Shown here: piece after piece, positions 48,520 to 60,057 of the stretch
Layout: each line of letters opens with the position of its first letter
How positions within the stretch are numbered: the first letter of the stretch is position 1
Program-made: the position numbers and the translations under genes
NCBI GenBank assembly: GCA_965197585.1
Contig: OZ240215.1
Span: forward strand, 1,344,001-1,408,000
Direction of reading: 5' to 3'
From: Dehalococcoidia bacterium
GTDB taxonomy: Bacteria > Chloroflexota > Dehalococcoidia > Plut-88900
Length of the DNA stretch: 64,000 nucleotides
The notes under the pieces: model-generated
The model's database searches: none
Seen by the model: the letters and a program-made list of their open reading frames with translations, nothing else
Told to the model about the DNA's origin: nothing

Positions 48520-49821
48520 TCACATGAGACGCGTGGGCATGGGTGTATTCCCATTCTTGAAGCGGTCCACGGAGAAATGTTGCCAGGGGATGGAAGACTT
48601 TCCATCGACTATCAGGTCAGCGGTCAGCTTTCCCGCCACGGGGCCCAAGCCGAACCCGTGCCCGCTGTAGCCCATGGATAGAAATAGGCCTTCCGGTTTG
48701 CCGGCAGGACCGAGTACCGGCACCAGGTCCGGAGTGGTGTCTATGTAGCCCGCCCAGGACTTTTCGATTCGAAGCTCGCGCAGCTTGGGTATCAGTTTGC
48801 CCGCCGCATTAAGCTGGCGCCTCACCTTGTGCAAGGCCCTTTTCGGCTCCTTGCCGACCGGTGCGACGACCGTGGATCGGTTACCCTGGAGCGAAGCCAG
48901 GAACAGCTTAACGTCGTGCTTCAGCAGCTCCATGTCCACACGCATGGTTATGCTCTTGCGCTGCTTAATGAGCCTCGGGAGCCACACTTTCAGGTCTCGA
49001 AGATCGTGCAGCGATAGTTCATGATAGACGTCCTGACGTCGATACCCGTTGCTGACCCGGACCGGGCCTGAGGCCGTCTGCCTGAAGCAGTAGTAACCGC
49101 CCCTCACGAATTGCTCGATAATCGGGGGCGCGGGCCCGGTCTCCCCCTGCGACAGCGTCACTATCTGTACGGGAATGTGGACACCCAGCCGGTCGGCGAG
49201 ACGGTATGCCCAGACACCCGCTGCAAGCACCACGACGCCGGTCTCAATCTCTCCCTGGGTAGTCTCGACTGACGAGACTCGGCCCCCGGTGACTCCTATG
49301 TTGGTCGCCACGCAGCCGGTACGGATCTCAGCGCCGTTCTCCCGGGCAGCGTTGGCAAAGCCGTTCACCACCCTGGTCGGGTTCACGTGTCCCTCGTCAG
49401 CGGAGTAGGCCATCGCCTCAAGGTGGCCCTCCACCACCGGGAACCGGGTCCTGACCTGCTCTGTGGTCAGCATCTCCAGTTGGATGCCCCCGTCGCGCGC
49501 AGCCTCCACCATCTCCTCGAAAAACGGCATGTCCTCTGGCGACTCGGCAGGCAGCAGGCGGCCTTTCTTGATGAACTCGATCTCGGAGCCGATGTCCTCG
49601 CTGAGGCCGTCGTAGATGGCAAGGCTTTCCCGAGCCAACTCGAACTCCCCGGCCTGCTTGCCCAGCAGTCCCACCGCCGCAACGGTCCGCCCGGAGGCCT
49701 CATAGGCCACGTCATCCTTCTCGATAACCACCACCCGCTTGCCCCTCCTGGACAGGTTGTAGGCTATGGAGCATCCCGTAATTCCGCCGCCTATCACTAC
49801 GGCATCAGCCTTGGTTAACAT
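48520..49821 (-). CDS. FAD-dependent oxidoreductase, D-amino acid oxidase family (paralog A)
   Basis: GGGITG, EASGR, WAGYID.TPD, SGHGFG. Confidence 0.9.
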   Translation of the reverse strand: MLTKADAVVIGGGITGCSIAYNLSRRGKRVVVIEKDDVAYEASGRTVAAVGLLGKQAGEFELARESLAIYDGLSEDIGSEIEFIKKGRLLPAESPEDMPFFEEMVEAARDGGIQLEMLTTEQVRTRFPVVEGHLEAMAYSADEGHVNPTRVVNGFANAARENGAEIRTGCVATNIGVTGGRVSSVETTQGEIETGVVVLAAGVWAYRLADRLGVHIPVQIVTLSQGETGPAPPIIEQFVRGGYYCFRQTASGPVRVSNGYRRQDVYHELSLHDLRDLKVWLPRLIKQRKSITMRVDMELLKHDVKLFLASLQGNRSTVVAPVGKEPKRALHKVRRQLNAAGKLIPKLRELRIEKSWAGYIDTTPDLVPVLGPAGKPEGLFLSMGYSGHGFGLGPVAGKLTADLIVDGKSSIPWQHFSVDRFKNGNTPMPTRLM

Positions 49822-50342
49822 TGGGGCCCTTTCTCAACTCTGCCTGAAAGTTTGACTGTCATCGGGACTTCCACGCAGCCGTTGTTGTGCAGGGGGCAAA
49901 ATGCACAGTCCTTTTCCAGCTTGGGAATCGGGACCGTGGCCCTGGCGAAACCCATCCCTTCAAAGGCGCCCGCAGCGTAGGTCTGGGTCAGCGTGTGAAG
50001 GGTGTCGTAGCCCTTCTCTCTGGCCGCCTCCTGGCAGCGCTTGATCAGCTTGGATGCGATACCGCGACGCTGGAACCGCTCCTCGACTGCCAGCGACCTG
50101 AGTTCGGCTATTCCGTCGTACTCCATAAGGGACGCGCAGCCTGCGAACTCGCCCTCGGTAGCGGCTATGAAGAACCGGCCCTCGGACACCAGAGACCGAA
50201 CTTCATCCTCACCCACCGGCAGGAGAAAACCCTCCGCCTCCTCCCCCGAGTGCCGGAACCGATATAGCTCAATCAGGCGGCTTATCGGCCCTACGTGCTC
50301 GGGGCCTGCTTTTGATATCCGAACGGACTTGGTTACTGTCAT
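49815..50342 (-). CDS. GNAT N-acetyltransferase (short ArgA-like)
   Basis: AELRSLAV..RRGIA; C-terminal PKLEKDC..CP....C.E motif. Confidence 0.8.
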   Translation of the reverse strand: MTVTKSVRISKAGPEHVGPISRLIELYRFRHSGEEAEGFLLPVGEDEVRSLVSEGRFFIAATEGEFAGCASLMEYDGIAELRSLAVEERFQRRGIASKLIKRCQEAAREKGYDTLHTLTQTYAAGAFEGMGFARATVPIPKLEKDCAFCPLHNNGCVEVPMTVKLSGRVEKGPQC

Positions 50343-50362
50343 GTGTTCAGTCTAGTCCCGAC

Positions 50363-51679
50363 TCACATCAAGCGTGGCGGCACAGGGGTCTTCTCTTCCG
50401 CGAACCGGCTCGGCCTGAAGGAATTGATGTCGACCGATGTTCCTCCATCGATGATCAGGTCTGCCAGCAACTTCCCGACTATCGGCCCAGCCGCAAAGCC
50501 ATGCCCGCTGAACCCTGTCGCCAGGTAGAACCCCTCAATTCCCTTCACTGGCCCGATGATAGGCAGAAAGTCGGGCGTCATGTCCACGTAGCCGGCCCAC
50601 GTCCGAGCCAAACGCAGTCCCTTCATTTCCGGCACAAGCTGCCCGACCCGCTTCAGCTTGCGGGCAACGTTCTCGGGCTGGGGTCTTGGCTCGGTGCCGA
50701 CGGGAGCAGGGTTGCCGTTTCCCGTCCCGGTCACTTTCCTGACCAGCGATTCAAAGTCCAATTTGAGGATGTCCTTGTTCAACTTCATGGAAACGTCACC
50801 CCGGTACTTGAGCAGCCGGGGAATCCACGTTGCCATGTCGCGGAGGTCGTGGAGCGACAGGTCATGGTAGACGTCCATCTTGCGGTAGCCGCCCGTGACC
50901 CGGAACGCCCCCGAGGCCGTCTGCCGTGACCCGTAGGTAGGCCCCCTCAGGAAGCAGTCGAAGAGTCGGGGCGCGGGTTCCGTCTCCCCCTGCACCACCT
51001 TGATTAGCTGTATAGGCAGCTTAACGCCCAGTCGGTCGGCGAGGCGGTAGCCCCATACACCGGCCGCGTCCAGGACTACGGGAGTAGAAATCTCCCCACG
51101 ATTCGTGATCACGGATGTCACTCTGCCCGCCCTCGTGACTACCTCCGTTGCGAGGCAGCCCGTAACTATCTGCGCACCATACTCCCGGGCAGATCTGGCG
51201 AAGGAGTTCACCACTTTGACAGGGTTTACGTGTCCTTCGTGCTGAGACCACGCAGCCTTGATGAAGGGGCCTTGCAGAAAGGGCCACTTGGCCCGGGCCT
51301 GGGGCGCATCGTACCACCGGACTTCCACCCCCGACTCCTCCGCCCCACTGATCATCTCCTCGAACAGCGGCATGTCTTCTTCGGTGTTGGCGATCACCAG
51401 CCTGCCGCCGTTGATGAATTCGATGTCCGTGCCCAGCTCATCGTTCAGCCCGAACCAGATCTCCATACTGGCCTTGATTAGAGCAAACTCGTCGGGGTGG
51501 TGTTTTCCAACGAGCCCGACGGCCGCCATCGTGCGCCCTGAGGCCTCGTGTGCGATATCATCCTTCTCGAGGACCACCACCCGCCAGCCACGCTTGGCGA
51601 GCCGGTAAGCCGTGGAGCACCCGGTGATCCCCGCTCCGACGACTACTGCATCGGCTTCGGTCGGAAATCTGTTATCCAT
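50363..51679 (-). CDS. FAD-dependent oxidoreductase, D-amino acid oxidase family (paralog B)
   Basis: GAGITG, EASGR, WAGYVD.TPD, SGHGF. Confidence 0.9.
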   Translation of the reverse strand: MDNRFPTEADAVVVGAGITGCSTAYRLAKRGWRVVVLEKDDIAHEASGRTMAAVGLVGKHHPDEFALIKASMEIWFGLNDELGTDIEFINGGRLVIANTEEDMPLFEEMISGAEESGVEVRWYDAPQARAKWPFLQGPFIKAAWSQHEGHVNPVKVVNSFARSAREYGAQIVTGCLATEVVTRAGRVTSVITNRGEISTPVVLDAAGVWGYRLADRLGVKLPIQLIKVVQGETEPAPRLFDCFLRGPTYGSRQTASGAFRVTGGYRKMDVYHDLSLHDLRDMATWIPRLLKYRGDVSMKLNKDILKLDFESLVRKVTGTGNGNPAPVGTEPRPQPENVARKLKRVGQLVPEMKGLRLARTWAGYVDMTPDFLPIIGPVKGIEGFYLATGFSGHGFAAGPIVGKLLADLIIDGGTSVDINSFRPSRFAEEKTPVPPRLM

Positions 51680-51790
51680 TCGGTGACTTTACCAGCACGA
51701 CTTACCCCATTCAAGACCGTGTATTAATTTGCCAAGCGATGCCCCTCAACCCCATCCCCTCAAACGTGTACTCTCGATGCCTTTCACTCT

Positions 51791-52075
51791 GTCATCCCGA
51801 GGTCCCGCGCTGAAAGTCCGCCGAGGCAGGAGGAATCTCGGACTCGCCTCCTCCCGAGGGGAGCCTGTCCGACTAAGGCGGATCATTCCGGCCGCCGAGA
51901 ACCGGCTATAAGTGCGCCGAGGCGCGAATCCATCCCCAGGGGCTGAGGGGCCGCTCATCCTGAGCTCCGTCGAAGGGTCGAGCGGGGGACGGCCCACCAT
52001 GTCAATCCGTCGTGCTTATCTTGACTCCCACCCAACCCTCTTAACCCCGTCATTCCGAGGCCCCGCGAGGAATCT
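51791..52075. repeat. Cluster of REP-like palindromic repeats
   Basis: gtcatcccgagg...gaggaatct (51791-51838), ccgctcatcctgagctccgtcgaaggg (51951-51977), gtcattccgaggccccgcgaggaatct (52049-52075); related to 3566-3826. Confidence 0.75.
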
Positions 52076-53185
<1,110 letters not shown>

Positions 53186-53237
53186 GACTTGCCCTCTCAC
53201 GCCCTTCCTAGCCTTCCTTCCCCTCCCCCTTGGTAAC

Positions 53238-53278
53238 GATATATCGGCCATGTTGCTCTGCAACATGGCCGATATATC
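53238..53278. repeat. Perfect 19-bp inverted repeat with 3-nt loop
   Basis: gatatatcggccatgttgc-tct-gcaacatggccgatatatc. Confidence 0.85.
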
Positions 53279-54141
53279 AATAAAACAGGGCGGGTGGGCG
53301 GGTACCGATTAAACGGGGTCGGGAGGGGTGTCCCCTTCCAAATGTGACACAAACCCCTTGACCATACTTGTACACATGTACTATATTCACCCCCGGCTAG
53401 CTCGTCACTCACCCTAAACCCAAGGAGGAACCAAAAACCCAGGGGGAACCCCAGCCCCGGCCCCGAGGACTCAACGTCTAAGCCCATCCCAATGGCCGTC
53501 CCGCGGCCTGCGGCTCAAGCAAACGCCGCCATCTCCTCTTCACAAGGGCCCCGGCTACCCCTTCCCCCTACTTCCAGGCGATGGAAGGCCCACAGACTAT
53601 ACGCGGCAGGCCCCGTCCAACGACGCCCCTGCCGATTCAACGCTTCCCATTACCGGATGCGTTTACCCCGGCCCATTGCGCGCCGGTTTTCCCGGTAGGT
53701 CAACCGACCCCCGGTTTAGCAAGGCCCTCGTGTCCTTGTTTGTCCCGCCGTCCCTGCCATCCGTCTCTACGACCGATGCACCGGGACGCCGGTTCTGAAA
53801 GTCCGCCTCAGGCGGCATGTTCCCCGTCAGCGGTCCGGTCAAGTGCCGCTGCCGGTGGGATCGGCCCCACACAACCCTGACCGCGGCCGACAACGTGTGG
53901 GGATAAGCCAGCCCGGCGCCGATGGCCCGGCAACAACCCCCGGCCTGGATTCTAGTCACGGACCTTCCATCGCCTGCCCCCTCCCAAACAAAACCGAGAC
54001 ACCATCACCACATTTCAATAGAACCTGGGAAGCGTAGATCATCGCTCCTCATGGAAAGAGGTTCTCCAACTATCGGATATGTACGCACAATTTTGCCCAT
54101 CCTTGACCCCGCCCCACCCCTGTGCTACAAAGGGGCCGCTT

Positions 54142-55578
54142 ATGGACAACCCATCCGTCCCTCGCCCCGACATCGACGCTATTCTCAATCCCGGCTCCAT
54201 CGCCGTCGTCGGTGCGTCGACTCACCCCGCAAAGCAGGGTCACACCTACGTAAGCGCTCTCCGCGAATTCGGCTTCCAGGGCCAGGTCTACCCCATCAAT
54301 CCGAAGGCCGAGGAGGTGGCCGGGTACACCTGCTACCCCTCTCTCAAGGACGTGCCCGGCCCGGTGGACTATGTCATCTCAGCCGTGCCCGCACCCCTTC
54401 TCCCTCAAGTCATGAAGGACGCCCGGGGCAAGCAGGTCAAGGGAATCCACCTGTTCACCGCACGGATGGCCGAGATGGCCACCGAGGAGGGACTCGCTCT
54501 GGAGGCCGGCATCATCAGGTCGGCAAGGCAGCTTGGAGCGCGGATAATCGGGCCCAACTGCATGGGCCTGTACAATCCCGGTCACGGCATCTCCTTCAGA
54601 CAAAACCTTCCGAAGCAGCCTGGCAGAGTTGGATTCCTCAGCCAGAGCGGCGGAAACACGGTGGAGTTCGTCTACCGAGCCTCGCTGCGGGGCGTCTTTT
54701 TCAGCAAGGCTGTGAGCTACGGCAACGCCGCCGACCTCAATGAGTGTGACCTACTGGAGTATTTCACCCACGACCCTGAGACCTCGATCATCGCCTGCTA
54801 CATAGAGGGCATCAGGGGCGGGCCTCGCTTCTTCGAAGTCCTTTCGCAAGCGGCATCGGTAAAGCCAGTCGTACTGCTGAAGGGGGGTCGGGGGAAAGCC
54901 GGGACACGAGCGGTCGCATCTCACACGGCCTCCCTCGCCGGGTCCACACAAATATGGCGCTCTGCAGTTACCCAGGCCGGGGCAATCTGGGCCGAGACCA
55001 TAGAGGAGATGACCGATATAGCGGTGGCCTTGCGCTTTATGGAGCGGCCCCAAGGCCCGAGGGTCGGGATCATCTGTGGTGGAGGTGGCAACACCGTCCA
55101 CAGCGCCGACATCTGCGAAGCCGCAGGACTCACGGTCGAACCTCTGCCCGAGTCCGCTCGCTCGGGGTTCAAGGAGCATCTCCCAGACACCTGGTTCCAC
55201 ACCAACAACCCCTTTGATCTATCGGGCATTATGTCGAGCGACGACCACGGTATGACCATGCCGCTCGCCGTGCGTCTCATGGCCGAAAGCGGGGCATTCG
55301 ACCTGATCCTCATAGACCCCGACATAGATTTTCACTTCGACCATCCCCTGGCTCGGGGGCGGGTTTTCCGCCTGATGGAGGTCCTCACCAAGCTGCCAAA
55401 AGAGATCAAGATTCCGGTAGCTATGATCATCCGACCCGGGGACGCGGTAGAAGAGTGGCGCTGGCGTGCCGTCACCGAGCTTCAACAAATGGCCTGGGAA
55501 GCGGGTGTCCCGGTATACAACTCGATGCCTCGAGCCGCCGCCTGTATCACCAAGGTCTTGGCCAGTCCAAGGCACTGA
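54142..55578 (+). CDS. CoA-binding protein, NDP-forming acyl-CoA synthetase alpha-subunit-like
   Basis: IAVVGAS, IIGPNCMG, SQSGG, ASHTASLAG phospho-His motif, NPFD. Confidence 0.92.
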   Translation: MDNPSVPRPDIDAILNPGSIAVVGASTHPAKQGHTYVSALREFGFQGQVYPINPKAEEVAGYTCYPSLKDVPGPVDYVISAVPAPLLPQVMKDARGKQVKGIHLFTARMAEMATEEGLALEAGIIRSARQLGARIIGPNCMGLYNPGHGISFRQNLPKQPGRVGFLSQSGGNTVEFVYRASLRGVFFSKAVSYGNAADLNECDLLEYFTHDPETSIIACYIEGIRGGPRFFEVLSQAASVKPVVLLKGGRGKAGTRAVASHTASLAGSTQIWRSAVTQAGAIWAETIEEMTDIAVALRFMERPQGPRVGIICGGGGNTVHSADICEAAGLTVEPLPESARSGFKEHLPDTWFHTNNPFDLSGIMSSDDHGMTMPLAVRLMAESGAFDLILIDPDIDFHFDHPLARGRVFRLMEVLTKLPKEIKIPVAMIIRPGDAVEEWRWRAVTELQQMAWEAGVPVYNSMPRAAACITKVLASPRH

Positions 55579-55613
55579 GCCAGTAGGGACAGTTCGTCCC
55601 TCTCCCCGATTCT

Positions 55614-57335
55614 CTAGCGACGCCCGAATTCCTTTTCAAGCAGGCTGGAGCTCAAGTGCACCAGCGTGGGCCTGCCGTGAGGGCAGGTGTGGGGACTTTG
55701 CGCCTGCTCCAATAGTCGAACCACCTCTTCCATAGACGCCTGTTGCAGAACGTCCCCTGCGCGAATGGCGCTGTGGCAGGCGATGGATGCAGCTATTCGC
55801 TCCTCGGTTTGCTCAGGGGAGGCGGGATCGAGGAGTGAGTCCAGGACGTCCAGGAAAGCTCGGTCCGGGGCTCGGGCCGAAAGCATGGCCGGGACGGCCC
55901 TGAGCACGTATGCCCTATCCCCGAACGGCTCGGCGTCAAACCCGTGCCCTCGAAGCAATTCCTCCACCTGGGTCAGGCTTTCTCTTTGCACAGGTGAAAG
56001 GTCGACGGTCGCAGGAGCCAGCATCCCCTGTACCTGGACCCGCTTCTCCGCCCGCTCTTTCAACACCCTTTCGAAGAGCACCCGTTCGTGGGCAGCGTGC
56101 TGGTCGACCAGGTACATTCCGTCCGGGCCCTCAGCCACTATGTAGGTGTTGCTGACCTGGCCGACCACCCGCAGAAGCGGCAGCGTGCTCTTCGTGAACA
56201 TCGTGGGAGCAGCAGGTGTTTCGCGCGCCGGAACCCGGGGCCCCGACGCCCAACCCAGAAGGTCCGACCCTAGGGGAGTCCTCCTGGAAGAAGTGTCGGG
56301 TGTTGTGCCGGGGACATTGGTAGCGAAGGCTGCGGAATGCACGGGGCTCGATTCGACCAATGCCTGTCTGACCACCCGTTGGACCAGGCTGAACATCTCC
56401 CGGTCCTTCTTGAACCTCACCTCAGCCTTGGAGGGATTCACGTTGACGTCCACGTCCTCAGGAGACACTTCGATCAAGAGAACGGCCACGGGCCTACGCC
56501 CGACCATCAACAGGTTCTGGTATGCCTCTTCCACCGCGTAGTTGAGCCTCCTGTCCTGGATCCACCGACCGTTCAGGACAAGGGTCACGTACCCCGTCTG
56601 GGCTCGACTCACCGTCGGCGGGCCAGCCAACCCCTCGATTCTCCCAACGCCATCCTCTTCACCCGACAACTCCAGCATTGCAGCGGCAGTGTCCGCTCCA
56701 TAGACGCTGGAGACCGCTTCACGCAAACCGCCAGCGCCGGTGGTTGCAAGTGTTTTACGGCCATCGATGGTCAGGCTGAATCTGACCGAGGGCCGGGCCA
56801 TCGAGTACCGGGTGACCAGATTTCCAATGCGCCCGTTCTCCGTGGCCACGGATTTCATGAACTTCAGCCTGGCTGGGACGTTTTGGAATAGGTGGGTTAC
56901 CCGCACGGTGGTGCCCCGTGGCCTGCCCACCGCTTCCCTTTTCATCAACTCGCCAGCCTGAAGACGGACCCGGGTGCCGGCCTGCTCACTCTCAACTCTC
57001 GTCAGCAGCTCCATGTCGGAAACGGAGGCGATGCTCGGCAGGGCCTCCCCCCGGAACCCGAGAGTGGCAATCTTCTCAAGGTCGCTGCTGGAGGTGAGTT
57101 TGCTGGTGGCGTGTCTCAGGAAAGCTATTTCCACGTCGGCGGACGGGATGCCTGCACCGTCGTCCACTACTCGTATGAGCTTCAGCCCCCCACCCGACAC
57201 CTCCACTGCGATCTGCGAAGCCCCTGCGTCCAAGCTGTTTTCGACAAGCTCCTTCACCACGGAGGCCGGTCTTTCCACCACCTCCCCGGCAGCGATCTGG
57301 GCAGCAGTCTCAGGAGTGAGTACCCTAATTGCCAT
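55614..57335 (-). CDS. mutL: DNA mismatch repair endonuclease MutL
   Basis: QIAAGEVVERPASVVKELVENSLDAG, GFRGEAL, DQHAAHER, CPHGRP. Confidence 0.98.
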   Translation of the reverse strand: MAIRVLTPETAAQIAAGEVVERPASVVKELVENSLDAGASQIAVEVSGGGLKLIRVVDDGAGIPSADVEIAFLRHATSKLTSSSDLEKIATLGFRGEALPSIASVSDMELLTRVESEQAGTRVRLQAGELMKREAVGRPRGTTVRVTHLFQNVPARLKFMKSVATENGRIGNLVTRYSMARPSVRFSLTIDGRKTLATTGAGGLREAVSSVYGADTAAAMLELSGEEDGVGRIEGLAGPPTVSRAQTGYVTLVLNGRWIQDRRLNYAVEEAYQNLLMVGRRPVAVLLIEVSPEDVDVNVNPSKAEVRFKKDREMFSLVQRVVRQALVESSPVHSAAFATNVPGTTPDTSSRRTPLGSDLLGWASGPRVPARETPAAPTMFTKSTLPLLRVVGQVSNTYIVAEGPDGMYLVDQHAAHERVLFERVLKERAEKRVQVQGMLAPATVDLSPVQRESLTQVEELLRGHGFDAEPFGDRAYVLRAVPAMLSARAPDRAFLDVLDSLLDPASPEQTEERIAASIACHSAIRAGDVLQQASMEEVVRLLEQAQSPHTCPHGRPTLVHLSSSLLEKEFGRR

Positions 57336-57344
57336 GGCTCGAAC

Positions 57345-59939
57345 CTACTCCGCGCCCCGGCCTTTCTTGGCCTTTTCCTGCAGTTCGTAAAGCTTGAGTA
57401 TGGCGTCCCGCGGGGTCATGGATGCGATGTCGATTTCGGCGAGCTCCTTTACCACAGGAGAGGAGTCGGCGGGAAGCGTGAAGAAGGACATCTGCCACGG
57501 CCCCGATTCCTCGCTCCGCGGAGCAATACCCGGCGAGGGCTTTGCGCCGTTTTCCAAATGTTCCAGCACCCGAGTTGCACGGTCTATCACGGTTCTCGGG
57601 ATCCCGGCCAGTTGGGCCACGTGAATCCCGTAGCTCTTGTCCGCGCCGCCCGGGACCACCTTGTGCAGGAAGACGGCCTTCCCATCTTCCTCAGCCACCG
57701 ACACGTTGAAGTTCACTATCCGTGGAAAGGTGTCGGCGAGTTTGACCAGCTCGTGATAGTGGGTGGCGAAGATGGTCTTGGCTGAGGCCCGGGGGTCGGT
57801 GTGGATGTGCTCGATGACCGCCTGGGCGATAGAGAGGCCGTCATAGGTGCTCGTGCCCCTGCCGATCTCGTCCAGGATGATCAGGGACTTGGGGGTCGCC
57901 AAGTGGAGGATCCTGGCCGTTTCCAGCATCTCGATCATGAAGGTCGAGCGGCCCGTCGAGAGGTCATCCTGCAAGCCGACCCTCGTGAAAATCCGGTCCA
58001 CCAGTCCGATGTGAGCGCTCTCCGCAGGGACAAAGCTCCCGATCTGCGACATCAGGGTTATCAGGGCCGCCTGCCTCATGTAGGTGGATTTCCCCGACAT
58101 GTTGGGCCCCGTAAGCACGATGATCTGCTGCTCCTCGCCCGTCAGGCGCAAGTCATTGGGGACGAACACGCCCTCACCGACCACCCTTTCCACCACCGGG
58201 TGCCGGCCCCCGACTATGCTGATGACCCCGTCATCCGATAGCTCGGGGCGCACGTAGCCGTACAGGGAGGCCACCTCGGCGAGGCTGCTGAACAGGTCAA
58301 TCAGAGCCAGGGTCCCGGACAGTTCGTGAATCTTGACCACCGAACCCGCCACCTGTGCGCACAGATGCCGGTATATGGCCTGCTCCAGCTCCTCGACCTT
58401 CTCCTGCGCCCCGAGAATCAGGGCCTCGAACTCTTTGAGCTCAGGCGTGACGTAGCGCTCGCCGTTCACGAGGGTTTGCTTGCGGATGTACGCCGCCGGG
58501 ACCTGGGGCAGGTGGGACCTGCTGACCTCCACATAGTAGCCGAAAACCCTGTTGTAGCCCACCCGTAGCGACTTGATGCCCGTCTTCCGACGCTCGTCTC
58601 GCTCCAGCGCCGCGATGAACCCCCTCGCCTCCGACGAGGCGTTCCTCATCTTGTCCAGCTCTGCATCGAAGCCTACGCGGACCACTCCGCCTCCCCCCAC
58701 CGTCGTTGATGGTTCGTCCATTAGGGTCCGCGAAATGAGGTCGGATACATCTGTACAATCGGGCATCGAGTCCAGTACCCAGGACAGTCCGTTCAGCCCG
58801 GCGTCCTGGATAGTCTGTATGATCTCGGGGCCCAGGTCCAGGCCTCTCTTCAGAGCCATCAATTCCTTGGGGTTGGCGATTCCCCGCTGCACACGCACCG
58901 CCGTGCGTTCTACATCTCCCACCTTGGACAGCAACTTCATTACGCGTGTCCGGCAAACTCCATCGGCGTAGAAGGCCTGCATCGAGCCCAGTCTCCGGTT
59001 CAGGGCCTCCAGGTCAAACAAGGGTTGCCCGATCCACTCCTTGAGGAGTCGGGCGCCCATGGGCGTGCTAGTGCGGTCCAGCACCCACAGCAGGGAGCCC
59101 TCCACCTCATCTCGCCAGGCGCTGCGGAAGAGTTCCAGGTTTCGCCGCGTCTGCGGGTCCAGGACCACCGTCTTGTCCAGGGAATAGGTTGAAGGGCCGG
59201 CCAAGGCCCCCGCCGCCGCCTTCTGAGTCGCCCTCAAGTAATCGACCAGCCCTCCCGCGGCCCGGGTGGCCAGCGGCAGGCCCTCGCAGCCAAAGGACTC
59301 CAGGCTGGTCACACCGAAGTGCTCCAGCAATACACGTTCCGCTTCATCGCTGTCGGATGTTACCGGCCCGGCGCGGGTCACGGGTGACGAGGGCCAAGCA
59401 GGCTCGGGGCTAACGCTTTGAGGCAGGAGCAGCTCGGATGGCGCGAGGCGATCAAGCTCGGGGGCGAGAGCGGCTTCGGGGAGCTGGGCTACCCGGAACT
59501 CTCCGGTGCTTATGTCGGTGTAGGCGATCCCGGCCTCGGGCCCGTCCGGCACCACCGAGACCAGGTAGTTGTTCCTCTTGTGGTCCAGGATCTCCGGCTC
59601 GACTACCGTGCCGGGTGTGACCACCCTGACAACTTCCCGGTCCACGAGGCCACGGGCGAGGCTGGCATCGCCCACCTGTTCGCAGATGGCTACCTTAAAG
59701 CCTCGGTTAACAAGCTTTGCAAGGTAGCCGTCCAGCGCATGGTGAGGCAATCCCGCCATCGGGAAGCGCTTTCCGCGACCCATCTCCCTGGACGTGAGGG
59801 TGATGGCCAACTCCTTCGAAACTATGCGGGCGTCTTCGTCGAAGGTCTCGTAAAAGTCGCCCAGCCGAAAGAAGACCAGTACGTCGGGATATTGCTTCTT
59901 GATGCCGAGATATTGTCGTCGAATGGGTGTGGAAGCCAA
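57345..59939 (-). CDS. mutS: DNA mismatch repair protein MutS
   Basis: GDFYE, TGPNMSGKS, DEIGRGT, SYGIHVA; clamp-binding-like QMSFF. Confidence 0.98.
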   Translation of the reverse strand: MASTPIRRQYLGIKKQYPDVLVFFRLGDFYETFDEDARIVSKELAITLTSREMGRGKRFPMAGLPHHALDGYLAKLVNRGFKVAICEQVGDASLARGLVDREVVRVVTPGTVVEPEILDHKRNNYLVSVVPDGPEAGIAYTDISTGEFRVAQLPEAALAPELDRLAPSELLLPQSVSPEPAWPSSPVTRAGPVTSDSDEAERVLLEHFGVTSLESFGCEGLPLATRAAGGLVDYLRATQKAAAGALAGPSTYSLDKTVVLDPQTRRNLELFRSAWRDEVEGSLLWVLDRTSTPMGARLLKEWIGQPLFDLEALNRRLGSMQAFYADGVCRTRVMKLLSKVGDVERTAVRVQRGIANPKELMALKRGLDLGPEIIQTIQDAGLNGLSWVLDSMPDCTDVSDLISRTLMDEPSTTVGGGGVVRVGFDAELDKMRNASSEARGFIAALERDERRKTGIKSLRVGYNRVFGYYVEVSRSHLPQVPAAYIRKQTLVNGERYVTPELKEFEALILGAQEKVEELEQAIYRHLCAQVAGSVVKIHELSGTLALIDLFSSLAEVASLYGYVRPELSDDGVISIVGGRHPVVERVVGEGVFVPNDLRLTGEEQQIIVLTGPNMSGKSTYMRQAALITLMSQIGSFVPAESAHIGLVDRIFTRVGLQDDLSTGRSTFMIEMLETARILHLATPKSLIILDEIGRGTSTYDGLSIAQAVIEHIHTDPRASAKTIFATHYHELVKLADTFPRIVNFNVSVAEEDGKAVFLHKVVPGGADKSYGIHVAQLAGIPRTVIDRATRVLEHLENGAKPSPGIAPRSEESGPWQMSFFTLPADSSPVVKELAEIDIASMTPRDAILKLYELQEKAKKGRGAE

Positions 59940-60057
59940 GGGGACTCCTTTAGGCTATTGTACCCGGAACATTCCCTGTCACAAGGGACTTACCGGAGTG
60001 GCTCCCCATCCAGGAATAGGTTGTTTCGCAGCGCAGCGAGCGGGGAGATTCAGAGGC

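Noticed and set aside
53592-53612. cagactatacgcgg resembles the group I intron P7/R motif
   Set aside because: No matching gatatagtc S element or host exon found nearby.
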